Assembly: GCF_018398935.1 (NCBI RefSeq)
Contig: NZ_CP074694.1
Coordinates: 2,160,001-2,192,000, forward strand
Length of the DNA stretch: 32,000 bases
Direction: 5' to 3'
From: Telmatocola sphagniphila
GTDB taxonomy: Bacteria; Planctomycetota; Planctomycetia; Gemmatales; Gemmataceae
Shown: positions 1-8,281 of the stretch, in pieces
Position numbering within the stretch: the first letter of the stretch is position 1
How the letters are laid out: the number at the start of each line of letters is the position of its first letter
Program-made: the position numbers and the translations under genes
Notes under the pieces: model-generated
Database searches by the model: none
The model's input: the letters and a program-made list of their open reading frames with translations, nothing else
Told to the model about the DNA's origin: nothing

Positions 1-2
1 GC

Positions 3-1208
3 CGCATCGTGATTACCGATACGATTTCGACGGAACCGCAAGTAATTATCCGTCACTCCGGCTTGCAGGAGGTCACGGGGGCGTTTCTAACTCCTCACGG
101 GGATCAACTGCTATCGTTCGACTCCGGACGAAATGCCTGCTTTGGCCCATTAGGTTCCGAGCCCCGCTTTCGGAGGAGCGGCGAAATGAACCCTGGGATT
201 GGTCCCTCGTCTACTCCTTGGACCGGCAGCCTCTCCAACGATGGGGCCCTGTTCGGCATTCGGGATGCGAGGAATATTTCCGTCATCGAGTCTTCCAGTG
301 GACGGACGCTCCTCACCCTTGCCTCCGCCTTCGAGGGAGGCCTCTTCCCAACCCATGCGCCCCTGGGATTCTCTCCCGATGGTTCGCGACTGGCGTTTAC
401 GCTTTCGAAATTCGACTTCCCGACCCAGAAATTCACTTCCCACGAAGTCCGAGTCTGGAATTTAAAAGAAGATCGAGAGATTCTCCGATTTCCCAGTGAA
501 GGGCAGGCGCTCGATCTGGCCTATTCGCCGGATGGTCAAAAAATTGCACTGGCTCAGGAACATGAGGTCCTCCTCTATTCCTCCGACGGATCGAGAGGAT
601 TGCAGCGGCTCAAGGGGCGCGGGCCATTTAACAGAGTGGCCTTCTCTCCGGATGGTTTAAAAATCGCCGCGGGATCCAATTCGGGTGAAGTCACGGTCTG
701 GAAATTATCGGATCCCAAAGAAGGAGAAGTCTTTTCCCTCCATAGTTCGGAAATCACAGGTCTGAATTTTTTTCCGGGAAGCCGACTTTTAGCGAGTAGT
801 GGTACCGACGGCTTTATCCGGCTCTTTGATGTCGTCGACCGACTCGAACGCGGAACCTTGCCGTGCCGGCTTCCCATCAAATCTTTGGCTCTCGCGGCCG
901 ATGGAAAAACGATCGTGGCGGGTTGCGAACAAGGTCTCTGTATGGTTTTCCGCGCGGCCGAAGATGCCACGATCGTCAGAAGGCTGCAAAAACAGGCCCA
1001 AAGACCGCCCGACCGGAGCGAAATTGAACGCGATCTGGCAATTGCCGCTTGGGGCTGGTATCTCGAACGGCGTCGAGAAAACGATGAAGTTTGCTCGCAG
1101 CAAGCCCTGGAGATAGGCGTGCAGGCGTGCGAGAAGTTGGAAAATTCTCCCGAAACCGAGTCTTGGACGAAGGCCTTTCAAAGCGAATGGGAAAAATTGA
1201 AAAAATAA
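3..1208 (+). CDS. WD40 (beta-propeller) repeat protein, probably 5'-truncated by the window edge
   Basis: The frame is open back to nt 3; the GTG at 9 is only the first in-window start. The translation has repeated WD40-type blades: FSPDGSRLAF, YSPDGQKIALA, FSPDGLKIAAGSNSGEVTVWKL, ASSGTDGFIRLFD. Motif-memory call. Confidence 0.8.
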   Translation, partial: RIVITDTISTEPQVIIRHSGLQEVTGAFLTPHGDQLLSFDSGRNACFGPLGSEPRFRRSGEMNPGIGPSSTPWTGSLSNDGALFGIRDARNISVIESSSGRTLLTLASAFEGGLFPTHAPLGFSPDGSRLAFTLSKFDFPTQKFTSHEVRVWNLKEDREILRFPSEGQALDLAYSPDGQKIALAQEHEVLLYSSDGSRGLQRLKGRGPFNRVAFSPDGLKIAAGSNSGEVTVWKLSDPKEGEVFSLHSSEITGLNFFPGSRLLASSGTDGFIRLFDVVDRLERGTLPCRLPIKSLALAADGKTIVAGCEQGLCMVFRAAEDATIVRRLQKQAQRPPDRSEIERDLAIAAWGWYLERRRENDEVCSQQALEIGVQACEKLENSPETESWTKAFQSEWEKLKK

Positions 1209-1245
1209 TTGCCCCCGGGGAACTACTCGATCCGCTGAGAAGAGT

Positions 1246-1542
1246 GTGGTGCGGATGAAACTATTTAAGTCAACTTTCCCTGGAGCAGTGATGAACAGTT
1301 TTTCCAAAGTATTCGGTATCGCGGCTTTCTTCGTAATAGTCACGATCCTTCGCGACCCGAATCCGTTCAAGAAGTGGATTCGCGAGGCCGTGGCCCCGGA
1401 AACACCGACCGCGGAACAACTGGAATGGAAACACAATCGGGAGCGAATCAACCACAGTCTCGAATACAATCCTCAGCAATTTCGGGATCTCAGCAACACT
1501 CGAGCGGAGGTCCAAGAGTTCCTGAAAAAAGGGGGATTCTAA
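1246..1542 (+). CDS. hypothetical small membrane protein (one predicted TM helix)
   Basis: 98-codon ORF with GTG at 1246 and an alternative ATG at 1255. It has a hydrophobic stretch (FGIAAFFVIVTIL) followed by a polar tail with protein-like composition. Its stop overlaps the stop of the convergent sigma gene (CTAA). No family recognised. Confidence 0.35.
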   Translation: MVRMKLFKSTFPGAVMNSFSKVFGIAAFFVIVTILRDPNPFKKWIREAVAPETPTAEQLEWKHNRERINHSLEYNPQQFRDLSNTRAEVQEFLKKGGF

Positions 1543-2150
1543 AGGGCCTCCGCAATTTTGAGTCGGGCCGCCCGCCAGCGGCGTTTGACAGTGGACTTAT
1601 CGACGCCGATGATTTCAGCGGCTTCTTCCTGAGTGAGTTCGTGGTAGATCAGAAGATCGACCACCTCCCGTTCTTCCTCCGGAAGCTTTTCCACGAGTTC
1701 GTGGAACTCCGTCCACTGAGCCAGTCGATGGGGATCCCAAGTATTGCCGGAGACGTCTATTCCGACCGGGTCCCCCATCGGGCCCGGAGATCGGCCTGGA
1801 GTCTCCGAAACGGGCTCTCCTGGTTTTCTCCGGCCATAATAGTGGCGGGTCAGGTCGAGAAGCTGTCGGCGAATCTGGGCGGCCCCGAGCCCGAGATATT
1901 CTCGAGTGCTGGTGGGCTGGACCGCTTCCAGCGACTTCCAGAGACGAACGGCCGCCTCTTGGACAACATCGTCGGTCTGTTCCCACTCTTTCAGTCGGGA
2001 AAAGTTGACGCGAAGTATCTTGGCGGTCAGGTTACGAAAGCGATCATAGGAAATCGAAATGAGTTCATTACGAGCCGAAGCCTCCCCGAGCCGCAAGCGT
2101 TCGAGCAGAGGCTGGATCCGTTGGCTGATCGACGTTTCCGACACGGCCAT
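1539..2150 (-). CDS. ECF-type RNA polymerase sigma-70 family factor
   Basis: 203 aa. It has a region-2-like segment (DDVVQEAAVRLWKSL) and a C-terminal region-4 HTH (LTQEEAAEIIGVDKSTVKRRWRAARLKI). An unusually long Pro/Gly-rich linker joins them. The antisense 261-aa ORF is a shadow. Confidence 0.85.
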   Translation of the reverse strand: MAVSETSISQRIQPLLERLRLGEASARNELISISYDRFRNLTAKILRVNFSRLKEWEQTDDVVQEAAVRLWKSLEAVQPTSTREYLGLGAAQIRRQLLDLTRHYYGRRKPGEPVSETPGRSPGPMGDPVGIDVSGNTWDPHRLAQWTEFHELVEKLPEEEREVVDLLIYHELTQEEAAEIIGVDKSTVKRRWRAARLKIAEAL

Positions 2151-2287
2151 TCTCCTTGAAATTAACTTACTAAGTCCTTGGACCTAAGCGGAGAAAAGCT
2201 TGCGGTCCGATCCTAAAAGCGGATCGGAGCTCTTCCGGCAGTCCTTAAGAACATCGGGCAATTCGTCACTCTTGGGAGCCAAAACTC

Positions 2288-2836
2288 GTGCGACCAGCCA
2301 AAGTAGTCCATACGATCACCGGACCAGCCGCGATACCAGACGATAATCGGATCCTTTATTTCCAACGCGACCGCGCGGGGTTTTCATTCCTGTCCCATTA
2401 TTATGCTGCTTCGATCGAGATCGACGGAGAAACCTGGCCGACTGTAGAGCACTTCTACCAGGCTCAGAAATCGCCCGATCCGGAATATCGAGCCGCCATC
2501 CGGGCCGCGGTGCACCCATCGCTTGCCAAACAATTGGCCGCCGCGCCCGAGGCACCGAGCAAGGTGTCGAAACGTTCCTGGTTCAAGATTTCCGGTGTAC
2601 GGCCTCGTGCCGATTGGGATACTGTTAAAGTGGAGGTCATGCGGAGGGGCGATATCGCTAAGTTTCGTCAACATGCGGACCTGGCGGCGCTTCTGCTCGC
2701 GACCCGAACCGCCGTGTTGATCGAAGACTCGCGCTTGGATTCGTTCTGGGGGACCGGAGAGAACGGGACGGGATTGAATTGGGCGGGCCGCATTCTGATG
2801 GAAATTCGAGAGAGCCTAAGCATAAGTAGAGGATAA
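2288..2836 (+). CDS. NADAR (YbiA/DUF1768) family protein
   Basis: 182 aa with a GTG start. Signature stretches match NADAR as I remember it: FLSHYY, ETWPTVEHFYQAQK, FWGTGENGTGLNWAGRILMEIR. Confidence 0.75.
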   Translation: MRPAKVVHTITGPAAIPDDNRILYFQRDRAGFSFLSHYYAASIEIDGETWPTVEHFYQAQKSPDPEYRAAIRAAVHPSLAKQLAAAPEAPSKVSKRSWFKISGVRPRADWDTVKVEVMRRGDIAKFRQHADLAALLLATRTAVLIEDSRLDSFWGTGENGTGLNWAGRILMEIRESLSISRG

Positions 2837-2837
2837 G

Positions 2838-3155
2838 ATGGCGCAGAGTGACGAAAAAGATATGTGGGTAGTTCTTAGAGGAATCGGAGAGGTTCTGATT
2901 GTAACGGTACCGGAAAAATGGAAGGAGGCGACAATGCGTATAGAAGTCCAAGCTTCTCCTGCTCAAACCATTATCAAGAGTACCATTTGGTCAGAACAAT
3001 TTCCCTTAGAAATATTGGAAGCCAACGAAGAAATCTGGACTGCTATACGCGAGTTCCAACTGCTCTGCTTACATAAAGGTCTACCTTGGGTGAAGTTGAA
3101 TACACGAATTGAACGAGTTGGGCCAAATTGGACGATCAGCAATGAATTTGACTAG
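2838..3155 (+). CDS. small hypothetical protein, possibly a DUF600/YezG-like immunity-type protein
   Basis: The ATG lies 1 nt after the NADAR stop, so the two genes are coupled. GC is lower than in the neighbours. VPEKWKEATMRIEV near the N-terminus and PWVKLNTRIERVGPNWTISNEFD at the C-terminus resemble, from memory, polymorphic-toxin immunity proteins of the YezG/DUF600 type. The function call is weak. Confidence 0.45.
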   Translation: MAQSDEKDMWVVLRGIGEVLIVTVPEKWKEATMRIEVQASPAQTIIKSTIWSEQFPLEILEANEEIWTAIREFQLLCLHKGLPWVKLNTRIERVGPNWTISNEFD

Positions 3156-3241
3156 CCGCTCGTTGAAAAAGTCCCACTTCTTCTGGTATAGTGCGGCTTC
3201 AATTCAAGTTGAGAATCTTATCCTCTTTTGAGGACGTTTTA

Positions 3242-3670
3242 ATGGCAATGGGAAAGCATAAGTCTCCGGATACGGGGCTTTGGATCGCGACTGCCGATTT
3301 GCCGTAGTCGCCCGGCCCTCCGTTCTACCAGAAGTTGAATCAATTATTAGCCGAAGCGGGTTTCGATACGTGGATCGAGAAGCGTTGCGAGTTCTACTGG
3401 GCGGAATCCCTGGGTCTTCCGTCGATTCCATCCGGGGACTATTTTCGGACGATTTTGATCGGCTACTTCGAAGGGAGCGCGTCGCAGCGAGGGATCGCCT
3501 GGCGTTGCAGTGACTGTCGTTCTTTATCGGATTTCCTGGGAATTCCGATCGACCAACGGACGCCGGACCATTCGAGTTGGAGCCGAGTGCATGGCCGGTT
3601 GCCGTTGGAAGTTCATGAAGAGGTGTTCGCCTTCGTATTGGGTATCGCTTCGAAGAAGAAGTTGTTGCAT
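3242..3670 (+). pseudogene. IS5/IS1182-like transposase, N-terminal (DUF772-type) fragment with an in-frame TAG
   Basis: Reading from ATG 3242 gives MAMGKHKSPDTGLWIATADLP*SPGPPFYQKLNQLLAEAGFDTWIEKRCEFYWAE...GYFEG..SQRGIAWRC.D..SL..FLG. The stop is TAG at 3305-3307. The family-like sequence is lost after ...VLGIASKKKLL (about 3670). Confidence 0.7.
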
Positions 3671-4080
3671 GTTCAGGAAAGTCGGGGTCGATTCGCTTCC
3701 GCGGGTTACAGCGGTACGAGCAATCGTTACACCTACGTCTACAACTCTGAAAACCAGATGACTTCCCAAGCTGGTCCATTTAGCGTCAGCTTCACGTTCG
3801 GTTATGACAATAACAGCGATCTAACCTCGCTGGTCGACGGCAGCGTATATATCCAGACTTCCACTTACGACACCGACTCTCGACTGTTGAACCGAACTGT
3901 AACGATGGGAGTAAACGCCGAAAAAGCCACATTCAGCTATGACACCGCCGGGAGGTTGTACTCCGTCACCGACTCAATCGGTTGCACCAAGTCGACCAAC
4001 GAAGGGACCATCACCTACGGCTACAACTCCAAGGAACAGCTGACGTCGATTTCGACCTCGTGGGGTCCTACCTTCGGCTA
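3671..4080 (+). pseudogene. Rhs/YD-repeat protein internal fragment
   Basis: It continues the same ORF as the transposase fragment. YD-type repeats are present: YTYVYNSENQMTS, FTFGYDNNSDLTS, STYDTDSRLLN, FSYDTAGRLYSVTD, ITYGYNSKEQLTS. There is no N-terminal region, no Rhs core end (PxxxxDPxGL) and no toxin tip. Confidence 0.7.
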
Positions 4081-4317
4081 CCCAAGAACAACAATAAAGC
4101 GGAGCGAGAAATCCGACCGGGCGTGATGATGCGGAAAGTCAGTTTCGGCAGTCACAGCAATGAGGGGGCTCAAACGCGAAGCATTCTGAAGAGCATTTAT
4201 CGCACCCTGAAATTACGAGAGCAAGATCCTTTAAAGGAAACCGAATCGGCCCTCCACACCTACATGCTCACGGGAGTGCTCCCACCGCTACCGGTGAAGC
4301 TCAGTTCAGGAGGGTGA
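4072..4317 (+). pseudogene. IS66-family transposase C-terminal fragment
   Basis: The frame of ORF 3982..4317 reads LPKNNNKAEREIRPGVMMRKVSFGSHSNEGAQTRSILKSIYRTLKLREQDPL. This fits the NNxAER..RP...RK...G...G motif of IS66 transposase C-termini. No upstream catalytic part is present. The junction with the Rhs fragment lies at about 4060-4085. Confidence 0.6.
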
Positions 4318-4405
4318 AAGGGTACGAATATTTTTCAGTGTGTCTACTTCAAGTTGACCAGGTGAAGCCATCGTCTCACGCTTACCGCCTACTTGCGACG
4401 GACGA

Positions 4406-4702
4406 TTAATAGGGGGTCGGCACCTTGACATACTTGGTCACATGTCGTTCCTTGGTGATTTTCACCTGGATTTCCTTGTGGCGAGTGACATAGGTTTCGT
4501 AGGCCTTACCGCAGTGATCGTACTGGGTGATGCAAGCCTGGTAGGGAACCTGTCGAGTTTCATAGCAGATCACCGGTTCGCAAACCGTAATCTTTTTCAA
4601 CACGTAGCTGCAGCCGCATTCGTCAGCTCTGGCCGAGTTTCCGAAGCCCATTCCCAGAACACACACTGCCACTGCACAGCCGAATTTGATTGTTCGAAAC
4701 AT
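4406..4702 (-). CDS. small secreted Cys-rich hypothetical protein
   Basis: I prefer the ATG at 4702 (MFRTIKFGCAVAVCVLGMGFGNSARA, signal-peptide-like) with a GGAG about 10 nt upstream. The mature part has 7 Cys. No family recognised. Confidence 0.6.
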   Translation of the reverse strand: MFRTIKFGCAVAVCVLGMGFGNSARADECGCSYVLKKITVCEPVICYETRQVPYQACITQYDHCGKAYETYVTRHKEIQVKITKERHVTKYVKVPTPY

Positions 4703-5238
4703 GATAGTAACTCCGTAAGTTTGTTTTTGCAGCCTTCTCAACAGCTGAAACGGAGTCGCCTGGAAAATCTTCCCGAAGAAAAAAATATTTTTTGTTCCAG
4801 TGGATCTGTGAAGCGTCCTGCTCTGAGAAGAAGTGCGTTGATGGGCGTCATCGTCGAAAAGAAGCAGGCGGTTTCACTCGCTTTCAAATACCCGTGGTGG
4901 GAATGGCAAAAAGCTCTCGAATCTTCCGAGAAAACAGATCGAATGCAAAATTCTGCATCGTTAAATTTACTTTATTCTGATTTCATAGAAGATTCTGAAC
5001 CTTCATCCGTTAAAGAGGCATAGCCAGCAGACAAAGGTCGACTGAGACCTCTGCAAAATCTAAAATCTTCCTTTACAGGAGTTCGAAAATGGGTATGCGT
5101 GCAAGAATACTTTAATTGGTGATGAGAATCGGAAAGCTCTTTGGCGTTCCGTCGGTACCCTGGACCTGCCGCCAGACGGTCTGCCCGCGACGGAAAAGAT
5201 TCCCGAGAAAAGCAGAAAAACTCTAGAAAATAAAGTAA

Positions 5239-5271
5239 CGGCCTCTCATAATTGAGGCTGTTTTTCTTTTT
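5239..5271 (+). terminator. intrinsic-terminator-like hairpin plus U-tract in the leader of the caspase-Sel1 gene
   Basis: CGGCCTC (5239-5245) pairs with GAGGCTG (5254-5260): 7 bp including one G-U, with an 8-nt loop. It is followed by TTTTTCTTTTT (5261-5271). It ends 52 nt before ATG 5323. Confidence 0.5.
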
Positions 5272-5322
5272 CGCTTAGGACGGCAGCTACGGATAGCCTG
5301 TAACCGATTTGAGGTAACATCC

Positions 5323-7602
5323 ATGCGTTGGTGCTTGTCTCTTCTCTTCCTGACTCTTTGCTTCCCTCTTTTCGCACAAGAGGGCAAACGGTACGCCGTA
5401 ATCGTGGGAATAAACGAGTACCAGCACTCCAAGCTGGGAAAGTTGAATTGTGCCATCAACGATGCGACCGACCTGTCCCAGATTCTCAGTAACGACGGCT
5501 ACTCCGTGACCTTGTTGACTAACGACACGGCCACCAAACCGACTAAAGCTGATATTGAGAAGGCCATCGAAAGCACTTTGCAGAAAGCCAAGTCGCAGGA
5601 CACGGTGCTGATTGCCGTGTCGGGCCACGGCCTGCAATTCGACAAAGAAGCTTATTTCTGCCCGATGGATGCGAAACCCTTTCCGGATGAGACCAAAACT
5701 TTGGTCTCTTTGAACGGCCTCTACAAGCAATTCGACAAGTCCTTTGCGGGCGTGAAGGTCCTGTTCGTGGATGCCTGCCGGGATGACCCCGATCCGGCCC
5801 GCAGCTCCGGCAAAGGGATCGACGCGGATAGTGCTCCTGAACCGCCAAAGGGTGTCATGGCCATGTTCAGTTGTTCTGCTCGCCAGCGATCCTATGAGGA
5901 CCTGGAGCGCAAGCATGGGGTGTTCTTTCACTATGTGATCGAAGGACTGACTGGGAAAGCGACGAATGCCGACGGGGAAGTGACCTTTACGCTTTTGAAC
6001 GACTATGTGGCCAAACGAGTGAATCCGCGTGTGCTGGAGCTTTACAAAGGCCCCCAACAGATGCCGAACATGGTGGCAAAAACGGTTGGGGCCTCCCCGG
6101 TATTGGTGAACGAAGAAAGTAACAAAATCGCCCGGGAACTTCGCGAGCGCATTCTCTTTGGTCCTGGCCCCAAAAAATACCTGGAGGAACACAAGTCTCG
6201 CATACCTGCCTGGAAGCAAGCCGCTGAGAAGGGAAACCCCGCCGCGATGACGATGGTGGGAGGGATCTATTCTTTTGGAGTCGATACGGAGATTAACCGT
6301 TTGGAGGCACTGAAATGGTACCTTAAGGCGGCGAACTTGGGTGAAAGCTCAGCGATGCATAATTTGGGGGTGAGTTATTTGAATGGACAGGGTGTCCCCA
6401 AGGATGAAATAGAAGCTCTGAAATGGATCCAAAAATCCGCCGAGGCAGGGAATCCTGCGGGAATGTATATGTTTGGGAATTTGAATGAATTTGGCAGAAC
6501 TGGACTAAAGAAAAACGATTCCGAGGCTGTTAAATGGTACATGAAAGCTGCCGAAGCGGGCCAACCGTTGGCGATGAATAAGCTCAACATCATGTTTAGC
6601 AGCGGACGAGGCGGATTAACTAAAGACGAAAGACAAGCTGTTAAATGGACCAAGCAATCTGCCGAGTTGGGGAATTCCTTAGGAATGTTAAACTTAGCTA
6701 TCATTTATGAAGAAGGGCTTGGGGGACTGGCAAAAGATGATACTGAAGCCGCCAAATGGTACAAAAAAGCCGCTGAAGCGGGTAATCCTCCAGCTATGAA
6801 TGATTTAGGAGTGATGTACTTAAGCGGTCGTGGTGGACTGAAGAAGGATGAAACTGAAGCCGCCAAATGGTATAAAAAAGCCGCTGAGGCAGGCCAATCA
6901 GTGGCGATGTGTAACCTTGCTGAAATGTACCAGGCTGGTTTAGGAGGATTACCCAAAAACGATACTGAAGCCGCCAAATGGTATAAAAAAGCCGCTGAGG
7001 CGGGGAACGCTCGAGCGATGAATGAACTAGGTGTAATGTATGAGTACGGACGAGGTGGATTAAATAAAGACGAACTCGAAGCTGTCAAATGGTTTAAAAA
7101 AGGCGCTGAGGCTGGGAACTCCCTTGCAATGAATGATCTAGGTGTAATGTATGAGTACGGACGAGGTGGATTAAATAAAGACGAACTCGAAGCTGTCAAA
7201 TGGTATAGAAAAGCCGCTGAGGCAGGTAACGCTCGAGCAATGTCCAATCTCGCATTAAAGTATGAATCGGGTCGTGGAGTTGCAGGAGACGAAGCCGAAG
7301 CCTTGAAATGGCACAAGAAAGCTGCTGCTGGAGGAATTGCGGACAGCATGACTCAGATCGGTTATATGTATGCAAATGGGCTCGGTGGTTTAGTCAAGAA
7401 TGATGTGGAAGCAGTCAAATGGTTCTCGAAAGCCGCGAATGCTGGATTGGCGCTAGCTATGTATAACCTTGGAATACATTACTGGAATGGGCGCGGAGTT
7501 CCTCAAGACAGATCAGAGGCGATAAAATGGTATAAAAAAGCTGCCGATAAGGGGTATAACGACGCAAAGGAGAGGCTGAAAGAACTGGGTGTGAATCCAT
7601 AA
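5323..7602 (+). CDS. secreted caspase-family (peptidase C14) protein fused to about 12 Sel1 (SLR/TPR-like) repeats
   Basis: 759 aa. The N-terminus MRWCLSLLFLTLCFPLFAQE looks like a signal peptide. The caspase fold signature is KRYAVIVGINEY, His in AVSGHG and Cys in FVDACRDDP. From about nt 6208 to 7563 there are 12 repeats of the type AxKWYxKAAEAGNxxAMxxLGxMYxxGxGxxKD. GAGG lies 8 nt upstream of the ATG. Confidence 0.9.
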   Translation: MRWCLSLLFLTLCFPLFAQEGKRYAVIVGINEYQHSKLGKLNCAINDATDLSQILSNDGYSVTLLTNDTATKPTKADIEKAIESTLQKAKSQDTVLIAVSGHGLQFDKEAYFCPMDAKPFPDETKTLVSLNGLYKQFDKSFAGVKVLFVDACRDDPDPARSSGKGIDADSAPEPPKGVMAMFSCSARQRSYEDLERKHGVFFHYVIEGLTGKATNADGEVTFTLLNDYVAKRVNPRVLELYKGPQQMPNMVAKTVGASPVLVNEESNKIARELRERILFGPGPKKYLEEHKSRIPAWKQAAEKGNPAAMTMVGGIYSFGVDTEINRLEALKWYLKAANLGESSAMHNLGVSYLNGQGVPKDEIEALKWIQKSAEAGNPAGMYMFGNLNEFGRTGLKKNDSEAVKWYMKAAEAGQPLAMNKLNIMFSSGRGGLTKDERQAVKWTKQSAELGNSLGMLNLAIIYEEGLGGLAKDDTEAAKWYKKAAEAGNPPAMNDLGVMYLSGRGGLKKDETEAAKWYKKAAEAGQSVAMCNLAEMYQAGLGGLPKNDTEAAKWYKKAAEAGNARAMNELGVMYEYGRGGLNKDELEAVKWFKKGAEAGNSLAMNDLGVMYEYGRGGLNKDELEAVKWYRKAAEAGNARAMSNLALKYESGRGVAGDEAEALKWHKKAAAGGIADSMTQIGYMYANGLGGLVKNDVEAVKWFSKAANAGLALAMYNLGIHYWNGRGVPQDRSEAIKWYKKAADKGYNDAKERLKELGVNP
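7027..7204 (+). repeat. 67-bp perfect direct repeat (7027-7093 and 7138-7204) inside the Sel1 array, period 111 bp
   Basis: I compared the two copies letter by letter: ctaggtgtaatgtatgagtacggacgaggtggattaaataaagacgaactcgaagctgtcaaatggt occurs twice. Flanking Sel1 units (for example 6747, 6857 and 6968 gaagccgccaaatggta[c/t]aaaaaagccgctga) are also near-identical at the DNA level. Confidence 0.95.
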
Positions 7603-7712
7603 GAGTAATCTTGGAAAAAGCCTCCGAGTCATATTACTAGCGAATCTAACAAACCCCTTATTTGGACGGTTTTTGATGAAGTAAGTAGGGTTTTGTAGGG
7701 GCGAATCGTTTT

Positions 7713-8281
7713 TTAAGTTAAATATTCAGTTTGAATCGAGTAAATTGCTTTTCGAATACTGAATTTCCATTCCTTGATCGCGTTGTGAAGCGTCTCCTCA
7801 CAATCCCCACTTTTTCCCCAAACTGGGCGATTGAAAAAAAACGTGGGTAACCCTCCAACCGGAATGAACTCCGGGAACTTCTCCGCACTCCAAACGGCCA
7901 GTACTACGGCCAGAACCAAATCGTCGTGCGTTCCTTTACTGCCTGGATTCCCGAGGTGATCATCACTTCTTCTGGATAAACGCCGGGGTACGCTTTCCCA
8001 AGCAGTTTAACGACCGCGTTTCCCACACCGGTGCGATTGACGACCAGTGGGCCATGCTCTACCTGGGCATGTAACCGGGTTTCCCGGACCTTCTGAAAGA
8101 TCACTTCATAGGGAGTACCTGAGACAAACCGTTCCAGATGCCGAACGTGATATTTGGAATGATCCCTCTCATCGGGAGTGGTGGCTTCGAAGTCCCGCCG
8201 CTCAATGACCGCAAATGCCGTCGGTACGTTGGCTTGGCCGAGGTCCAATCCACAAGCATGACTGATATGCAGGAGTTTCAT
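7713..8281 (-). pseudogene. RNase H-fold (RuvC / terminase-nuclease-like) protein, apparently frameshifted
   Basis: MKLLHISHACGLDLGQANVPTAFAVIER...LVVNRTGVGNAVVKLL...VMITSG resembles, from memory, orphan terminase-large-subunit nuclease-domain proteins (GxDxG...D.TA..V.E...D.TGVG). The ORF stops at 7901-7903 (…KERTTIWFWP*). The expected continuation, (D)DLVLAVVLAV..., is in another frame (ORF 7713..7919). Confidence 0.3.

Noticed and set aside
1374-2159. 261-aa plus-strand ORF overlapping the first sigma gene
   Set aside because: It is antisense to a gene with clear sigma-70 region 2/4 motifs. Its translation is Arg/Gly/Ser-rich with no recognisable features.
4442-5023. 193-aa plus-strand ORF
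   Set aside because: Its first half is antisense to the secreted Cys-rich gene. The rest is AT-rich intergenic DNA. There is no SD and no motifs.
5287-7349. Long minus-strand ORFs (5287..6219, 6375..6704, 6705..7349) antisense to the caspase-Sel1 gene
   Set aside because: They are shadow ORFs. Their repetitive PASAAFLYHLAAS-type translation is simply the reverse complement of the Sel1 repeats. The plus-strand product has clear domain signatures.
6208-7563. Regular 108-111-bp periodic repeats as a possible CRISPR-like or satellite array
   Set aside because: The whole array is one open reading frame encoding Sel1 units. There is no repeat/spacer alternation and no palindromic repeat core.
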